Source of the DNA: a virus
Reading direction: 5' to 3' (one strand)
Virus record (IMG/VR): IMGVR_UViG_3300045988_177309
Location: 32,170-96,169 of that record
Length of the DNA stretch: 64,000 bases
Part shown: in pieces, positions 62,695 to 64,000 of the stretch
Layout: every line of letters starts with the position of its first letter
Position numbering within the stretch: position 1 is the stretch's first letter
Position numbers and translations under genes: made by a program
The notes under the pieces: generated by a model
Told to the model about the DNA's origin: nothing
What the model saw: only the letters and a program-made list of their open reading frames with translations
Databases searched by the model: none

Positions 62695-63897
62695 TTACCA
62701 TCGTTTAACCCATACTAATTTTTTGGAGGCTCGAGTAATTGCCGTATATATAGCTTTAAGATGTGTTTCTTTATCGAAAGGATGGCCTTCTTCAAGAGCT
62801 AACACTTTATCCCATTGGCTTCCTTGTGCTTTCCAATAAGTAATTGCATAAGCATAAGCAAAATCATAGGGGGGGCCATAGGGGAATCTCTTGCTTTTCT
62901 TCATCATCATTAATTGTCTGTCAGTTAAAGTACGTTGTCCAGTTTTTAGATAAGGATAATCTATCGGAATGCTCTTAAATATAGAGCCATCTTCGGCATT
63001 CATATTAGTATACATATATAAATAAGGAAAGGAACTAACATATTGTGGCAACCAAATTGACCTTTTTCTAAAAGAAGTAATAGTACCAATAGTTCCATTA
63101 GTTAATGGCATATCTCTACCATCTCTGGAGCAAAATTCCCAACGATTATGTAAGCCGATAATTTTATCTCCAATTTCAGGCTCTACTCCAAAACCTCGAT
63201 ATTCTCTAAATAGAGCATTTATTTCTGTACGTTTCTCATTTGTTGCACATAATACTTGATCGGCCCATAAATAAACATCTTTATACAAGTCTTTAGGAGA
63301 TAAAATCATGACTTCTTTATTATCAGCCTGATAACTTGAAACACTTTTACCCTCTCGGACATGCATTGAAAAGCGAATGATTTCACTTTCTTGCGCCTGC
63401 CGCATTATTTCATCAAGAAAGACGTGAGGATGATCTAAAATATGATTATCGTCATTTTTTGAAATCGGCGGAAGTTGAAATGGGTCTCCAAGAGCTAAGA
63501 CATACACATGATGACTTAGTAACTGCTCCCACATTCCAATAGGTAACATTGAAACTTCATCAACTACAATTACTTTAAAATCATTATCTAATTCATCTTT
63601 TGGAATAAAGATATAACTTCCATCAGGCTGCTGACAGGCTTGATATAAAAGCTTATGTGCAGTAATGGCATTAGGACAACCTTTTTGGGCAAGCACGGTT
63701 GCAGCTTTACCAGTAAATGCAACATAGGCTACATCTTCATGAGGATCAACCCCAAGCGCTGCAATAATAAAGGTTACAAGCGTAGATTTACCACTTCCAG
63801 TTAAGCGTAGCCAGCGATACAAGTGTAAGGCTCATTACTCTTATATCGGGCTACGGCGATCTTCAATCCTTCCTCTTGTTTTTTTGTTAATATCATT
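62695..63897 (-). CDS. dda: Dda/RecD-like SF1 DNA helicase; its N-terminal 31 codons lie in a different frame (5-nt disruption at ~63803-63807)
   Basis: The 375-aa ORF carries TGSGKST, VVDEVSML, GDPFQLPPI, KAQGSQWD and YTAITRA. Upstream, ATG...MILTKKQEEGLKIAVARYKSNEPYTCIAGYA matches the Dda N-terminus up to the P-loop and then hits TAA; the main ORF lies in the -1 frame. Confidence 0.65.
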
Positions 63898-64000
63898 TAT
63901 ATTAAATCCTTTAAATCAGTTTTAAAAATCTCATCATTTAAAATTATATCTTCATTTGATATTGGATTTTTTACTCCAAAAATTTCCAAGGGGTCTTTTT

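Noticed and set aside
63803-63810. Whether the helicase N-terminal disruption is a programmed frameshift like the one in dnaE.
   Set aside because: There is no slippery heptamer, and the required shift (-1, or a 5-nt skip) lacks any re-pairing codon. An indel, a sequencing artefact or a truncated start is more plausible. The observation is kept as a finding but is not called programmed.
1-64000. CRISPR arrays, tandem-repeat arrays, an integrase or attachment sites.
   Set aside because: No spacer-repeat periodicity and no tyrosine or serine recombinase motifs were seen. The window looks like the interior of a virulent-type phage genome.

Overview
This 64-kb window lies inside a tailed-phage genome that appears to read the TAG stop codon as an amino acid, most likely glutamine (genetic code 15); this is the main finding.

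Genome context: the sequence is AT-rich (~33% GC), most genes have strong AAGGAG-type ribosome-binding sites, and consensus sigma-70 promoters are present. This points to a Firmicutes-type host.

TAG recoding: the many short fragments in the six-frame ORF track are not separate genes. In every long gene the fragments lie in one frame and are separated only by TAG. Conserved motifs run straight through TAG positions in dnaE, nrdD and nrdG. In the radical-SAM activase NrdG, 'FFT-TAG-GCPHHC' matches the family consensus FFQGC. Every genuine gene end in the window is TAA or TGA.

Late module, nt 1-50125 (+ strand): a virion module with very large genes, including a ~3113-aa tape-measure protein, four structural proteins of roughly 1100-2500 aa, a family of fibre proteins sharing one N-terminal domain, proteins with Ig-like, leucine-rich-repeat (BspA-like) and laminin-G-like (LamG) domains, and a holin-like gene.

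Replication module, nt 50144-63897 (- strand): a T4-flavoured replication and nucleotide-metabolism module that converges on the late module at a shared terminator. It encodes a Dda-like helicase and a zinc-ribbon plus nuclease homing-endonuclease-like (HEG-like) gene. It also carries dnaE, a guanylate kinase, nrdD split by two group I introns (one carrying a GIY-YIG homing endonuclease), nrdG, dUTPase and a RuvC-like resolvase.

Other oddities:
- dnaE needs a +1 ribosomal frameshift at a prfB-like CTT TGA C site near its 5' end to join its conserved N-terminal motifs.
- The helicase's N-terminal segment lies in a different frame from the rest of the gene, displaced by 5 nt.
- A tandem-LamG gene has in-frame TGA and TAA codons.
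- Several genes carry no TAG at all (one 667-aa fibre gene, the intron endonuclease, dda, gmk), whereas virion genes carry about one TAG per 30-50 codons.

No suppressor tRNA, release-factor gene, CRISPR array or integrase was found in this window. Coordinates of genes that contain TAG were reconstructed by hand and may be off by 1-2 nt.
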